A stretch of DNA of 64,000 bases from Syncephalis fuscata S228 (Eukaryota > Fungi > Zoopagomycota), in contig JAHLTZ010000015.1 in assembly GCA_025786725.1 (NCBI GenBank), positions 186,001-250,000 of the forward strand, written 5' to 3'. The translations under genes and the position numbers were made by a program. Below the pieces are notes generated by a model. It was not told the DNA's origin. It did no database searches and saw only the letters and a list, made by a program, of their open reading frames with translations. Below are positions 25,870-37,441 of the stretch, in pieces (within the stretch, counting starts at the first letter, position 1; each line of letters opens with the position of its first letter).

Positions 25870-27125
25870 ATGCTATTTAACATTAGATCCACGTTTACTG
25901 CGATTTCCGCGCTCCTTTTATTATTAAATGTACGAGATGTTGACTCAAGTCCAACTGCAATAGACACCAACGAAAGTACGTATTAGTAAGACTAGGTTAT
26001 CTTGCTGTATTGATATTTATTTTATTTTTTATAGATGTATTTCTTGGCTCTCGTTTATATCTGCTTGGTGCCCTTGGACAGTCTCGTCTTATTCTGCTCA
26101 AGAGACACGAACCAGTCAATGGCATCCATTACGCAGATGGTGAATTCAACGACAAGCCAGTCCATGTCGTATGCAATGTCAATCCGGATAAAAAAACCAT
26201 TCAATTATGGAAATATACAAGGTAAATATGCGTAACCTTACTGTTTAATTATTAACACCTATGGCTGCAAATATTAGAAACTTTCTGAAACCACTGTTAA
26301 AGACCCTTCATTAATTGCTGGAAAGCAATTTCTTCCTTCCGTCAAGCACACGTTTCCGTTTTTAAAAGGCTCTTGTGCTATTGTTGAATACAGGTGCGAT
26401 GAAAGCCTTCAAATATTCCGTTATGCTACAGCTTTACAGCCCGACTTCATGAGAAAGTCAGAAATGAAAAGACTCTATGGACAGATAAAAAAGGGTATGT
26501 AACAACACTTATACATGGGTTAGCTTAAACTTATCATTGAAATAGGTGTAGACTATTTGGCTAAACTTGGGTTTTTATATAATGATGAGCCCATTGGTAA
26601 GTTGCCTGCCATTTATTATTTGAATATTTAATTAACTGTTATTTAGATATTTGTCTTAATGCTGATATGAACGTTATGCTTAAAGACTTTGGTAAAGCAC
26701 TTAGGCTCGAAATGCCTAAAAATTTGGGTGGCATACTAACAGCCGAACAAGCCGCGAAAAACAATAATGCCATCTTAATTTACCACTCCAAGGTTAAAGG
26801 GTTTTTATCCAAACCACCAACAGAAACAGAAAAAGCTAAAGCTGAATCTGATATGACGGAGATCAGATCTCAAATTCAAATGAATAGAGCCAGCTCTCGA
26901 CGCCGTAGACCCGAAAATCTTAGAGTATTGACAAGAACTGGGTCTGGAGCTATTATATCTTCTTCTTCTTCTTCTTCTTCTCCTGAATCTCCAAGTATTG
27001 AGCCACTTCCACTATATGAACTATTACCTCCACCGTACACCTCAAAACCTTTATCGCCTAATTCACCATCTTCACAGCGTGGTGAACCACCTTCGTATGA
27101 ATCATCTCGCCTTGATCACCAATAA
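25870..27125 (+). CDS. Secreted protein-kinase-like (pseudokinase) protein
   Basis: Signal peptide MLFNIRSTFTAISALLLLLNVRDVDS. Spliced QIKKGVDYLAKLGFLYNDEPIDICLNADMNVMLKDFGKA resembles kinase alphaE/catalytic loop/DFG. Needs +1 A in the run at 26190-26196. Confidence 0.65.
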
Positions 27126-27695
27126 AAAACTATCGTTTGATGGACATCTTATTTCAGAATCTTATCAATCAAATACGTTGACTTTGTAGCATTTTAAAAT
27201 GTAAATAATGTCGTTAGATTTATTAATTTACGCTATAAGCTAGTGTATCTAAACTTTAATTATATTGTGCTGTGCTTATCGATATTGTTAAAATTTTGAT
27301 ATTATGGCCATATTGTTATGATAACGAGGCCAAAAAACACATTAAATGATTGGAAAACATATTACATATAAACGAGCACAAGAATAATAGATATGTTGAA
27401 TATTAGCACTAATAAATAGTAATATTAATCAACACGCTGTATTCTAAGTTTTAAGGTGAATATTAGCAAACACTAAAAGTTAGCATTATAGAATAACAGT
27501 AAAATGTAGTATTACTTAATCATTTAAAATATGGCCTCTGAAATTAGAATTGTAACAATTTAGCAATTATTAATATAACAAAATAGTGTTTCATTTCAGA
27601 AACTTGTTTCTCATTATTTGATCTATTTGTTTTGTTACAGTCACCAATTCATATTGCTCCTATTGATACTACTACTACTACTCATCTTATTCCAA

Positions 27696-28433
27696 ATGAA
27701 TATCGACGAAATACTTGAACAAGTACGTCGTGAACCCGACATTTACGATAACTTGTACGATGTTCTTGGGTGCACGTCGTCAAGTACGGTAGGTAGAGTT
27801 GTTATTACCGCTGTATTTCTACTTATTGTTATGGTAATTTGAATGTAACAACAAACAAAGCAAGAACAAATTACAACAGAATACCGTCAACGTGTATTAA
27901 CTTGTCATCCTGACCGAAACCCGCCAGACGCTGATACAGGTAATTATTGGATAAGCGTGTATATACATATATACATATACATATATAGAGAGAGAAAAGA
28001 CAATACTGTGTGCAAGTAAAGCAATACAATTAAACATTAATTAAACAATTCTATTATATCGTGTATAACTATTACTTTATTAATAAATTGATAGCCCGTA
28101 GAGAATTTGCCCGGTTAACAACTGCTTATGAAATATTAAAGGATAATGATGAGCGTATCCGATATGATCGATGGTATGGAAGTGGTTTGCGCATATCATT
28201 TATTCGTTGGCGCACTATGAGTGAACAGGCTCAGGTAAGTACATTTATATGTATTAATCAATACACTATAATCCTTTATCTAGTCGGTACATTGGCATCA
28301 AGCACCTACACAACCAGTATTGGATAACCGAGCACATGAAGAGATAGTGGTCACATCTAATATACCACCATCATCATCATCAACATCTGAATCTGATCGG
28401 TTATTGGAACAATTTCGACGTTATGAAATATAA
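27696..28433 (+). CDS. Small J-domain protein, DNAJC12-like
   Basis: LYDVLGC..EYRQRVLTCHPDR..AYEILKD..RYDRWYGSGLRI..SVHW..LLEQFRRYEI*; 4 exons. Confidence 0.85.
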
Positions 28434-28619
28434 TATTTGTATTAAAATAATCATTATTATTGTTATTAAAACTGTTATCGTATTAAACAGCAATACTTTA
28501 TTAACTTCAAAACCAAATGCTTCTTCTCTTATGTTCTCCACCCATTTACGATCATATGCTATAATGATTATGGCTATAATGCCGATCAATATTACTAATG
28601 GCTAAATGCTAAACACGAT

Positions 28620-29528
28620 CTATCCCAATGACGAGGCGGCGCCACCGACCATTTTACGAATTACAGCACTATTCATTTGATATAATAGCAATAATAATAA
28701 TAATAATAATAAAGCATTAAATATAATATTGACAATATTTGTGTTAAATGACTTACCGGCCGTATGGAATGTAACTGGCACTAAAATCATTATTATTATT
28801 ATACGAGTTAATAATGAGCCATCTATAATAACCATAATAATACATTTTTACACTTACCAATACCAGAAAAGAGCGCAGAATTGAACAATACACAAAATAA
28901 TTGTCAATACGACACTTTTCAACTACAAAAAATAGTTAATATAATCGTGTAACTTCCCCGTGTTCTCCGCGCCTTACCACAATAGCCACAAGTAATGTTC
29001 CAACTAATGCTACCAAGTAGATGATTGTAGCGACCACACGCACTATTGTAAAGTAGTTACAACACGAATAAGCGCTTTTATCATTAGTATATAACATTCA
29101 CTATTTACCTTTAGCAAACATCGTCTTTAATTGACGTAGTGGACCGATAAGAAAGCCCGTACTAACAAATAATGCCATTATCTTATCATTAGCTAATTGA
29201 TACACTATAAATAGATTATGTTACTTACCTGGCTAGCGATAGAATATTGCCTAGTGTATAAAGAATGGCAAATCCTGTGAAATTCAATGTGGCTAGTGAT
29301 AGTGTCGACTATACAAACATAGGTTATTAGACTTTGTCATCTTATTCTACCGAATTGCTTGTACGTTACCAGGATAGTGATGATAAATCCTACAAAGAAG
29401 CATATACCCCAGCCATAGAGTCGCTGCTTCTTTGTCAATGAGCAAAAGTTACAGGCATCGTCCATAATATCGGTCGGTCCGGTGGACGCACCTCTAGACG
29501 AGGATTGAGATGAAAATGGTACTCTCAT
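28620..29528 (-). CDS. SFT2/Got1-family vesicle transport protein
   Basis: [61 protein letters not shown]. Confidence 0.9.
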
Positions 29529-29763
29529 GGTGCTATTGAACCACTACAAATAGACTTGCGCACAGTCTGGGTTACTACTACTGAATGTATAAAGATGGAA
29601 AGGCTTAGAAAGTGTTGCGATGAGCCAAGAAATACGAAGGGCAAGAAGAAGAATAAGAAGAAATACGGTGAACACAACGGTCTCTAATTTCGATACACCA
29701 ATCAAATAAATTCACCTAACAACAATAGACCAATCGTTTTACCTACAAATAAAGAGAGAGATG

Positions 29764-32700
29764 GATTTGATTTTTGGGACAAAAATTTTTGGTTTTCACG
29801 CGTGAAAAACAAAAGTAAAACTGCACACGTAAAACGAGAAGACACTGTTATAAACACTAGTAAAACTGCTGCTTAAAATAAGACCAATTTATTGAAGAAA
29901 ACGATAATACCAAGAATAATGGATGATATGAAAAAGCATAAATTCATGCTAAAAGTCTGTGATGTGGTACCCATGTCCAACAGCTCAACAGAAGCAGAAA
30001 AGATCGTACAACGGGTGTACAGATCTGTAGATTGCAACGTACTGATCGCCACGCTGAACGACGTTATCTATCTAACCAGCTGGGACAACAATAAAGCTCA
30101 AAGTATTGAATCCACACCTATACCAAACACTGGCGTTAAACCAAGAAGATGCGACACTACCATCAACGCAGCCAGTCCAACGACCGAATACTGCCACGAT
30201 CGATCAATAATGGTGCAGAGGATCCCAAAAAATGCAACCAAGCAAGAAGTAGCAAACGCGCTAAAGGTAGGAGATGATATACCGGATGTACGCATTTTTG
30301 CCCTATACAACGCATCAACAACAACGTACGGTTTCGCTGAATACCACTCAGTAGCTGCAAGAAATCAAGCAATTGAAAGAAAAACTTTTATGATAAACGA
30401 CATGCAGATCTTTGTCGATGAATCAACTCCGAACGAAAGAAGAAGAACCGCAGCTGGCTTCCCCGCCGACGCAGCCCCAGAAGAAGTAAACGACTTTCTA
30501 AAAAGGCAAGGAGCAGCTCGCTTTAAATTTGTAAAAATAAGCGGAAACAGAGAAATTCGTTCGGAGACAAAAGTATTCTTCAACACTGAGGAAGAAGCCA
30601 AATCAGTGGATGGAACCGTCCAACTATTTGGAAATCGGCACGTGATATCCTGGCACTACTACTACGAAGTGTTATGCTTCAAGTGCAGACTGAGTGGCCA
30701 TACACGAGAAGAGTGCAGATGGACCAGATCTGACGAAGAAATAACAAACTTCTACAAGTGGCGGGCTAGCCAGAGCAAAGAAGTACTAGGAAGACGAAGA
30801 GTACGGGTAGCCAACAATGCTACAACTGAATATAAAGCACTGGACCAAATAAGCAGTCGACTAGATAGACTAGAGCGCGGACAGCAAGAGATCAAACAAG
30901 CTACACGTGCCGGACTTGACGACTGCAAAAAAGAAATCAGCGGAAGTAAAGCCGAGATCCAAAGGAACAGTGAAGTAATTCAGCAAATGAACCACCGACT
31001 AAAATACATTCAGTCTGTGAGTAGCCATTTTGGAACAGCTGTAGAAGCAATGAAACGACTGACAGACGAATTTATTCGATCTGAACAAACAAATCTAACG
31101 GTCGGCAACGTGGCTGCAGAAAAAACCAGCCCAATAATTGTCGCGGATGATCAAATGTCCTATTGCAGTGAGGAATCAATCCAGTCCATCTACAGTAACG
31201 CGAACAATACACGCGGTCAACTACCCTACCACGACGACCAGTCAAGCCAACTAGGCTACAGTGTGTCCGACCCCTCCACGTACAACTCAAATGACCAATT
31301 ATCCTATAATGGTGGCCTGTCCAGCCCAACCAGAAATAGTGAGGTCAATGAACAAGGTACGCAGGCGACGCATAATAAATCCCCTCCAACGCTAACAACA
31401 CAGTCTCATCGCACAAATAATACACATGCCACGTCACTATCGGTACCACAACCGTACAACAAGGCCGGAGACGGCCCACAAGCAGCGACTTCCAATACAA
31501 CGAATAACGCGGATACAACAAACGACCAGGAAGACGAACTTTTCCTTGGCGAAAAATCAACGTTCCTTACAAAGCCATTGGAAGACGGTGTGCGGTCGCT
31601 GCGTATAGGACATGTTAATGCTCATTCGTATGTAGATGAAATAAAACAGAATACATTGTTTCACTTCATAAATGATCACATGTTTGATATGTTTGCAATA
31701 ACAGAGACGTGGTTAGACGAGAGAGGAGTGAAAAGACTGAGGTATCCGGCTGAAGTACGTGAAAAATATGTGCACATACATACAGATGCAGGAAAAGACC
31801 ACAGTAGAGGGAACGGTGTAGTGCTGTACATCCATAGGAGATGGGCAAAGAACATGCAGGCATACAACACGCTGGGTAAACACCTAATACACGCGCGGTT
31901 TGCTTTCCGTACTAGAAACTTATCAGTATATGTAATACACTACCCATCAATGAACAGAGCAGTACCTGAATATGCTGAGAGACAAGCAGCAATGGAACAG
32001 TACTTGCAGGAAAATCTGGCGAAAGATGGAAGACAGCATACTGAGTCTATAGTGATGGGTGACTTTAATACAGTTGCCAATAGAGAAATAGACACACATA
32101 GCACGGAAACAGACCACAGCCACTACTCACCACGTCTATTTCATCTACTAGACGCAGCTACTATGATAGATACACTGCGGGTACATTTCCCAACCGATCA
32201 GGTATATACATTCGAGTCTGGAGTGAGAAAATCGCGACTAGACTATATAATGGCATCACAACAACTGGCAACGAGAGTAGTTGGAGTAGGAATAGGCCAT
32301 ATACCGAATTTCAACACTGACCACGCAGCGGTATACGCAGAATTTCAAACTGTAGACCTATTTATGGCAAATAGGAATCGGCAAATTATCGAGCGAAATA
32401 ACGCAAAGATAAAAACAAGCGATCTAACCGACGAAACAGTGGCCAAATTTAGAGCGGAGTTGGATAAAGTAGCAACGGGCCGCATAAGGAAATATCTGCA
32501 GTTGACCAGCTATAGTGATAGTGCCGATATCCACAACATGTTATTGGTAGATGACATATGGAATGATATCGAGAAATGTGTAATGAAAGCAGCAGAAGCC
32601 AAACTGCCACGTATCATAATAAGATTCACTAAGAAGGAATCATTTCCGCGCTGGCCTGAACTGCAAGCAAGTGCAGCGGTGAACGAACTGGTGAAATACA

Positions 32701-35700
32701 GCAGAAGAAATAACGATAGCCAAATCCACGTTATAACCAACAGAGTCAAACGGGCCACCAAAAAGATACTGAGTCTGGAAAGTAGAATAGATAGCGATAC
32801 ATGGGAGGAAATAAAGCAACGACTCATAGAGCCGTGGAATGTACCAGCTGGATATTGGGTCAATCTGAAGACAAGATGGCTGAATCAGGCGAGAAGAAAA
32901 CAGCTTAAACTATCAGCAAACACAGCAGCCAGTGCAACTAAGCGTAGAATGGAACAATTCAGAACCAAGCTCAAAAGAACGCTGACATCAACTCTGGATG
33001 GATATAAAGAACGCTTCAGTCTAACAAATGTGCCAATAAAAGAGGACGGCGTAACCAAACTTGAAGATAGACCAGAAGAAGTACGAAAAAAGGTACAGCT
33101 ATTCTTTAAGGAGTGGTTTGCTGAGCCAATGACAGATGAACGACAGTGGTCGGCAACATGGCGACGTATATACGAACCAAGAGAGTGGTTAAGAAACAGC
33201 TACGACGGCTTGATGGACCCAATCAAATGGGAAGAGTACAGCGAACAACTACAGAAACTGCCTAAAAGGAAAGCAACTGGTCTATCCAATATATCAGCTG
33301 AACTGCTCCAACTGTTACCAGACCACTGGCAAAAACTGATACTAGCGGTAATGAACGCATGTCTAAGGATGAAAGACATACCACAGTCATGGAAAAATGG
33401 CTTAATAATCCCACTGCCAAAAGTAGACCGTCCCAACCCAAGCCTGGATCAACTACGCCCGATAACACTGTTAGAAGTACCTAGGAAGCTATTCTCATCG
33501 ATTATAACGAAAAGACTACAAAGACATGTAGAAAAACCAGGTACACTGGGTGGTAAAAATCACGGATTCACGCCAGGTGCACAAACGGCGGATCTATCAA
33601 TCGTATTCCAAGCAACAGCGGACATAAGTCGATTAATACCAGGAAAGGCAGATATGCTAGTACTCACAACAGATATCCGCCGCGCATACGACTCGGTACC
33701 AATGAGTGGACTAAAGAAGGCACTACAAAGACTATGTATACCCGATGAATACACTGAACTGCTACTGAACATATCAGGGGGCAGGACAACACGCGTGAAC
33801 ACAGCACATGGCAATACCGATCCTTTTGCGCCAGAAAGAGGACTAGACCAAGGAGAAGTCAATGCACCACTACTATGGAAGATATTCTACGACCCTTTGC
33901 TTACCGCACTAGAAGACAACAGCTTCTACGGCATGGAGGCAGGAGAGTTGGTGAACAAGCACTACCCAATGCCGGAGTATATGCAACAAGCACGAACAGC
34001 AACACTAACATATGGTGCGTTTGCCGATGACTTACACCTGGTATCGGGTACATATGAAGGACTGCAAAAGCTGGCAGATATATGCACAGAATTCTTCGAC
34101 ATACACCAGATAGAAGTAGCGGCACACAAATCGCAAATATGGACAAGTGCAAAAACGGCGCCTGAAACCGACCCAATAATTAATCTAGGCAGTGGCGAAA
34201 ATACGGCAATTACCAACGTCCAGAACAGCGCTGCACCGCATAAAATACTTGGATCATATGTCACTCACACTCCAGCTGCGCGCTACAAGGCGATAGAAGA
34301 AATGAATATGGCGATAAACAAATTCATATACATACTAGCGCCGAAAAAACTGTCTACAGAAATATTAGTATATGTATTTAATTCAGTATTAATGCCAGCA
34401 ATAGTACACCGAATACAACACCTACCTATGACAGACGAGCAGCTGAAAATAATGGAGAGGAAATGGAGAGGACTGCTCAAGAAAAAAGCATATGTATGCA
34501 GAAATACGCCAACAGTGCTAGTCAATAACAGCGCATACATCGGGCTGGACTCGCTGAAACTTCGTCGTGACACCAGACTGATAACATCGGCTATCAGAAC
34601 AATAGAAAACGGTGGAAGAGCTGCTAACTTGATGAATGCAGCGCTATGGATGGCCAAATACAGACAACATCTGCCATGCATGCCATGGGAAAGGCCAATG
34701 CAACTGTATAAATCGATAGATTTGATATCCAACACGACCAAGTATCTGGAAGAGTACCAGATAGCAATAAGACCGGCGATAAACGGCATATGGCCCAGTG
34801 AGAGAAGACCAAACGGTACACCACTGAGAATAGCTGCACCTAATATAGCATTTAAAGCTGAACTGAAAAGGAAGCTGGCCAAGCAATCCGTGTACTATAT
34901 GGAAGATGTAATTCGTATGGACAACGAAGATGACATCCTAGACATAAAAGACGAGTGGAAATTAACGGCTAAACAGAGCGATACACTACGTAGAGAAATG
35001 TATGCAGCGATAGAGCGCGACGGAGGAGGAGTCGGAAATGAAATAGCCGGTAACGTCAACACTGATGACCACTTAGCAAAGCCAGCACCACCAGGCGAAC
35101 TAGCCGAGTACAACAGCATATATACAAATGTTAGTGATTATGCAGAAGTACTAGCAAACAGTAAAACACTCACCTGGTACACCGACGGATCGCTTGACTC
35201 GACCAGAACAAAAGGCGGATTTGCGGCGGTATGCGAACATAACGAAGCTATAGATCTAGCTATTAGCGGGCGGATCCACCATAGCGACCTATCATCCACG
35301 TCAACGGAAATACTGGCGCTGGCACATGTAATAGCCACAGTCCCAAAGCAGACGGAGCTGATACTCAAAACAGACTCACAAGCAACGATAGACGGCTGGA
35401 AGAGATATGTTGAAGGAAAAAAGCCAGTACAGCATACAACGACAAACGCCGTACTATGGGACCACTTGCAAGCTGTGACAAAGAACCGGGCCGATATCAC
35501 ACTGGAAAAGGTGAAAGCACACAGCGGCATACGAGGCAACGAAAAAGCAGATCTGCTGGCGAAAGTAGCGGCAGCCAGAGAGGGACCAACGTGGAAGCTA
35601 AACCAAATGGCGGCCAATAAACTACGGTTCCGAATAGTCGACAAAGGGGCTACATCACTGCAAAGCATAGCATATATCATGAAGAAAAAGGAAAAAGATC

Positions 35701-36478
35701 GTATAAGTAAAGAAACGACGAAAGTGCTAAACGATCGTTTCAAAGATATATGCGTATGGCCGGAAGGAGGGGAAGAAGGAAAGGCAGAAGCTGTAAAGTG
35801 GACACAGCAGATTATGGACTACAAAGAGATGAAGAAGGTGAAGGGGAGTAGTATAGTAATGTCCAAGTGGAGGAGTTTCATTACAGCAGTACATACCGCA
35901 TCAGCACCAAGTGGCATTGGAGATGAAGAGGAGGAGAAAGAGTGTGACCTGTCAAGACAGTGCAAACTATGCTCTCATGACGTCGACGTTGAAAAAGTAT
36001 ACGAGAGGATAGAAAAAGAGTGTACAAAAACTGTCAAAAAAATTATCCAATCAGAAGAGTCAGAAGCACCAGTTCTGGACCCCGATAGGATCAAGCAGAT
36101 CAGTAACCAAATTATAATCACCGCCCCCTGGAGATCCAAATCAGGGAAAAATGGACTAATGAATATGACGACAAATCGCGCAATCGACCAATGCGAGGTG
36201 TCGAGCAACAAGAAGAGAAGTCTAAGAAGTGCAATGCTATACTATGGTACGCTAACAACAATGCAACATTGGACGACACACAGAAAAGAATATACAATGC
36301 CAAATAAACTGCAAGGATTAAGATTGCCACTAGCACAGCGACAGCAACAACCACTACCACCCACCCAAATATTAGCCAACTGAGGAGCCACCACATGTCA
36401 TGTGGCAGGCAAGTTCTGCAAAAAGCGGATAGGTCCCACGGACCGTTGCCTCACTCTAGCTAATTATAAAATAAAATA
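29764..36478 (+). mobile_element. Full-length non-LTR retrotransposon (APE-RT-RNase H) with (TAAAA)n tail
   Basis: Flanked by a 17-bp direct repeat AAATAAAGAGAGAGATG (29747-29763 and 36479-36495). 3' tail TAAAATAAAATAAAA; intronless, A-rich sense strand. Confidence 0.95.
29919..36383 (+). CDS. Retrotransposon polyprotein: RRM(s), CCHC knuckle, coiled coil, APE endonuclease, reverse transcriptase, RNase H
   Basis: CFKCRLSGHTREEC; ITETWL, MGDFN, SRLDY, TDH (APE); RPITLL, DIRRAYDSV, GLDQG, FADD (RT); YTDGS, TDSQ, KVKAHSGIRGNEKADLLAK (RNase H). Confidence 0.95.
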   Translation: MDDMKKHKFMLKVCDVVPMSNSSTEAEKIVQRVYRSVDCNVLIATLNDVIYLTSWDNNKAQSIESTPIPNTGVKPRRCDTTINAASPTTEYCHDRSIMVQRIPKNATKQEVANALKVGDDIPDVRIFALYNASTTTYGFAEYHSVAARNQAIERKTFMINDMQIFVDESTPNERRRTAAGFPADAAPEEVNDFLKRQGAARFKFVKISGNREIRSETKVFFNTEEEAKSVDGTVQLFGNRHVISWHYYYEVLCFKCRLSGHTREECRWTRSDEEITNFYKWRASQSKEVLGRRRVRVANNATTEYKALDQISSRLDRLERGQQEIKQATRAGLDDCKKEISGSKAEIQRNSEVIQQMNHRLKYIQSVSSHFGTAVEAMKRLTDEFIRSEQTNLTVGNVAAEKTSPIIVADDQMSYCSEESIQSIYSNANNTRGQLPYHDDQSSQLGYSVSDPSTYNSNDQLSYNGGLSSPTRNSEVNEQGTQATHNKSPPTLTTQSHRTNNTHATSLSVPQPYNKAGDGPQAATSNTTNNADTTNDQEDELFLGEKSTFLTKPLEDGVRSLRIGHVNAHSYVDEIKQNTLFHFINDHMFDMFAITETWLDERGVKRLRYPAEVREKYVHIHTDAGKDHSRGNGVVLYIHRRWAKNMQAYNTLGKHLIHARFAFRTRNLSVYVIHYPSMNRAVPEYAERQAAMEQYLQENLAKDGRQHTESIVMGDFNTVANREIDTHSTETDHSHYSPRLFHLLDAATMIDTLRVHFPTDQVYTFESGVRKSRLDYIMASQQLATRVVGVGIGHIPNFNTDHAAVYAEFQTVDLFMANRNRQIIERNNAKIKTSDLTDETVAKFRAELDKVATGRIRKYLQLTSYSDSADIHNMLLVDDIWNDIEKCVMKAAEAKLPRIIIRFTKKESFPRWPELQASAAVNELVKYSRRNNDSQIHVITNRVKRATKKILSLESRIDSDTWEEIKQRLIEPWNVPAGYWVNLKTRWLNQARRKQLKLSANTAASATKRRMEQFRTKLKRTLTSTLDGYKERFSLTNVPIKEDGVTKLEDRPEEVRKKVQLFFKEWFAEPMTDERQWSATWRRIYEPREWLRNSYDGLMDPIKWEEYSEQLQKLPKRKATGLSNISAELLQLLPDHWQKLILAVMNACLRMKDIPQSWKNGLIIPLPKVDRPNPSLDQLRPITLLEVPRKLFSSIITKRLQRHVEKPGTLGGKNHGFTPGAQTADLSIVFQATADISRLIPGKADMLVLTTDIRRAYDSVPMSGLKKALQRLCIPDEYTELLLNISGGRTTRVNTAHGNTDPFAPERGLDQGEVNAPLLWKIFYDPLLTALEDNSFYGMEAGELVNKHYPMPEYMQQARTATLTYGAFADDLHLVSGTYEGLQKLADICTEFFDIHQIEVAAHKSQIWTSAKTAPETDPIINLGSGENTAITNVQNSAAPHKILGSYVTHTPAARYKAIEEMNMAINKFIYILAPKKLSTEILVYVFNSVLMPAIVHRIQHLPMTDEQLKIMERKWRGLLKKKAYVCRNTPTVLVNNSAYIGLDSLKLRRDTRLITSAIRTIENGGRAANLMNAALWMAKYRQHLPCMPWERPMQLYKSIDLISNTTKYLEEYQIAIRPAINGIWPSERRPNGTPLRIAAPNIAFKAELKRKLAKQSVYYMEDVIRMDNEDDILDIKDEWKLTAKQSDTLRREMYAAIERDGGGVGNEIAGNVNTDDHLAKPAPPGELAEYNSIYTNVSDYAEVLANSKTLTWYTDGSLDSTRTKGGFAAVCEHNEAIDLAISGRIHHSDLSSTSTEILALAHVIATVPKQTELILKTDSQATIDGWKRYVEGKKPVQHTTTNAVLWDHLQAVTKNRADITLEKVKAHSGIRGNEKADLLAKVAAAREGPTWKLNQMAANKLRFRIVDKGATSLQSIAYIMKKKEKDRISKETTKVLNDRFKDICVWPEGGEEGKAEAVKWTQQIMDYKEMKKVKGSSIVMSKWRSFITAVHTASAPSGIGDEEEEKECDLSRQCKLCSHDVDVEKVYERIEKECTKTVKKIIQSEESEAPVLDPDRIKQISNQIIITAPWRSKSGKNGLMNMTTNRAIDQCEVSSNKKRSLRSAMLYYGTLTTMQHWTTHRKEYTMPNKLQGLRLPLAQRQQQPLPPTQILAN

Positions 36479-36646
36479 AAATAAAGAGAGAGATGATCTA
36501 CTTGTTATCTACTCTATCTATAATAATCTATATTAATTAATCAACCACTGGTCTCATCTTTACCTGTGTTCACTTCATCTTATTCTCCACTTCTCATTTC
36601 TTATATATTTTATTGGACTTATTCGCGTAGGAATTCCTTAACCATC

Positions 36647-37234
36647 ATGTGTAAACATATACTTAATGCACAGGTAGATTGCTATTAATACTAATATACA
36701 AATAATGATGATAAGCGGCTACTGACTCGGTCAATATAGGTTTCGATTCGATCGCCTTGTTGCAAACGTTGGTTCGACTGTCCTCAGTGTCACGCGGAAT
36801 CAAGCGATCATACATTACGTAAAACACTAGAAATGGTCTTTGCCTGTAAAAAGTGCCGTAAAGTATTTCGTAAGGATATGCAGTAAGTAGTTGATAAATA
36901 ATATTGGCAATAGTGTACACTTATAGCTGATAACGTGATTAATATTAGAGAATTCGAGGAAGAAGATGAATATTGTCCGCATTGTGATAATCAGTATATT
37001 ATTCCAGCACAAACAGCTGAAATGGCCAAGGCAGGAGCAAATCTAGTTGAGATTGATCCACGGTAAGTAAAGTTAATACTAACTATTTTAATATCAATTA
37101 ATGGTGTCATTGGTTAACATATTATTATTATTATTATTATTAGAACTATTCATGATGACCGTGTTAGACCACCCACTGAAGAGGAATTGCTAGATCTGCT
37201 TAATGATGGCGATGTTAGTTCAAAATTGGGATAG
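36647..37234 (+). CDS. CHY-type zinc finger protein
   Basis: MCKHILNAQ|VSIRSPCCKRWFDCPQCH..EMVFACKKCRKVFRKD..EYCPHCDNQY; 4 exons. Confidence 0.9.
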
Positions 37235-37441
37235 ATATCAATGCACTACATTTAAATGATAATATTTGATAAATTAATAAATAAAAATGAAATCAAATTG
37301 ATTCGTAATAGTATTTTACTGTTTCTGTATAGTAATGATAGTGACGATAATGTATTATCGATATCATTATTACTATTACTATTATCATAATGCTGTTATT
37401 GCTATTTGGAAATTATATTCATTTTTCTATAGAGAACTGGA

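Noticed and set aside
30098-36396. Numerous minus-strand ORFs inside the retroelement, and antisense ORFs over the PUF, EDC4-like, RIP1 and terminal genes
   Set aside because: Shadow ORFs arising from codon bias of the sense-strand genes.
36634-36643. TTCCTTAACC U12 branch-like motif before the CHY start codon
   Set aside because: No upstream U12 donor and no suitable acceptor; probably chance.
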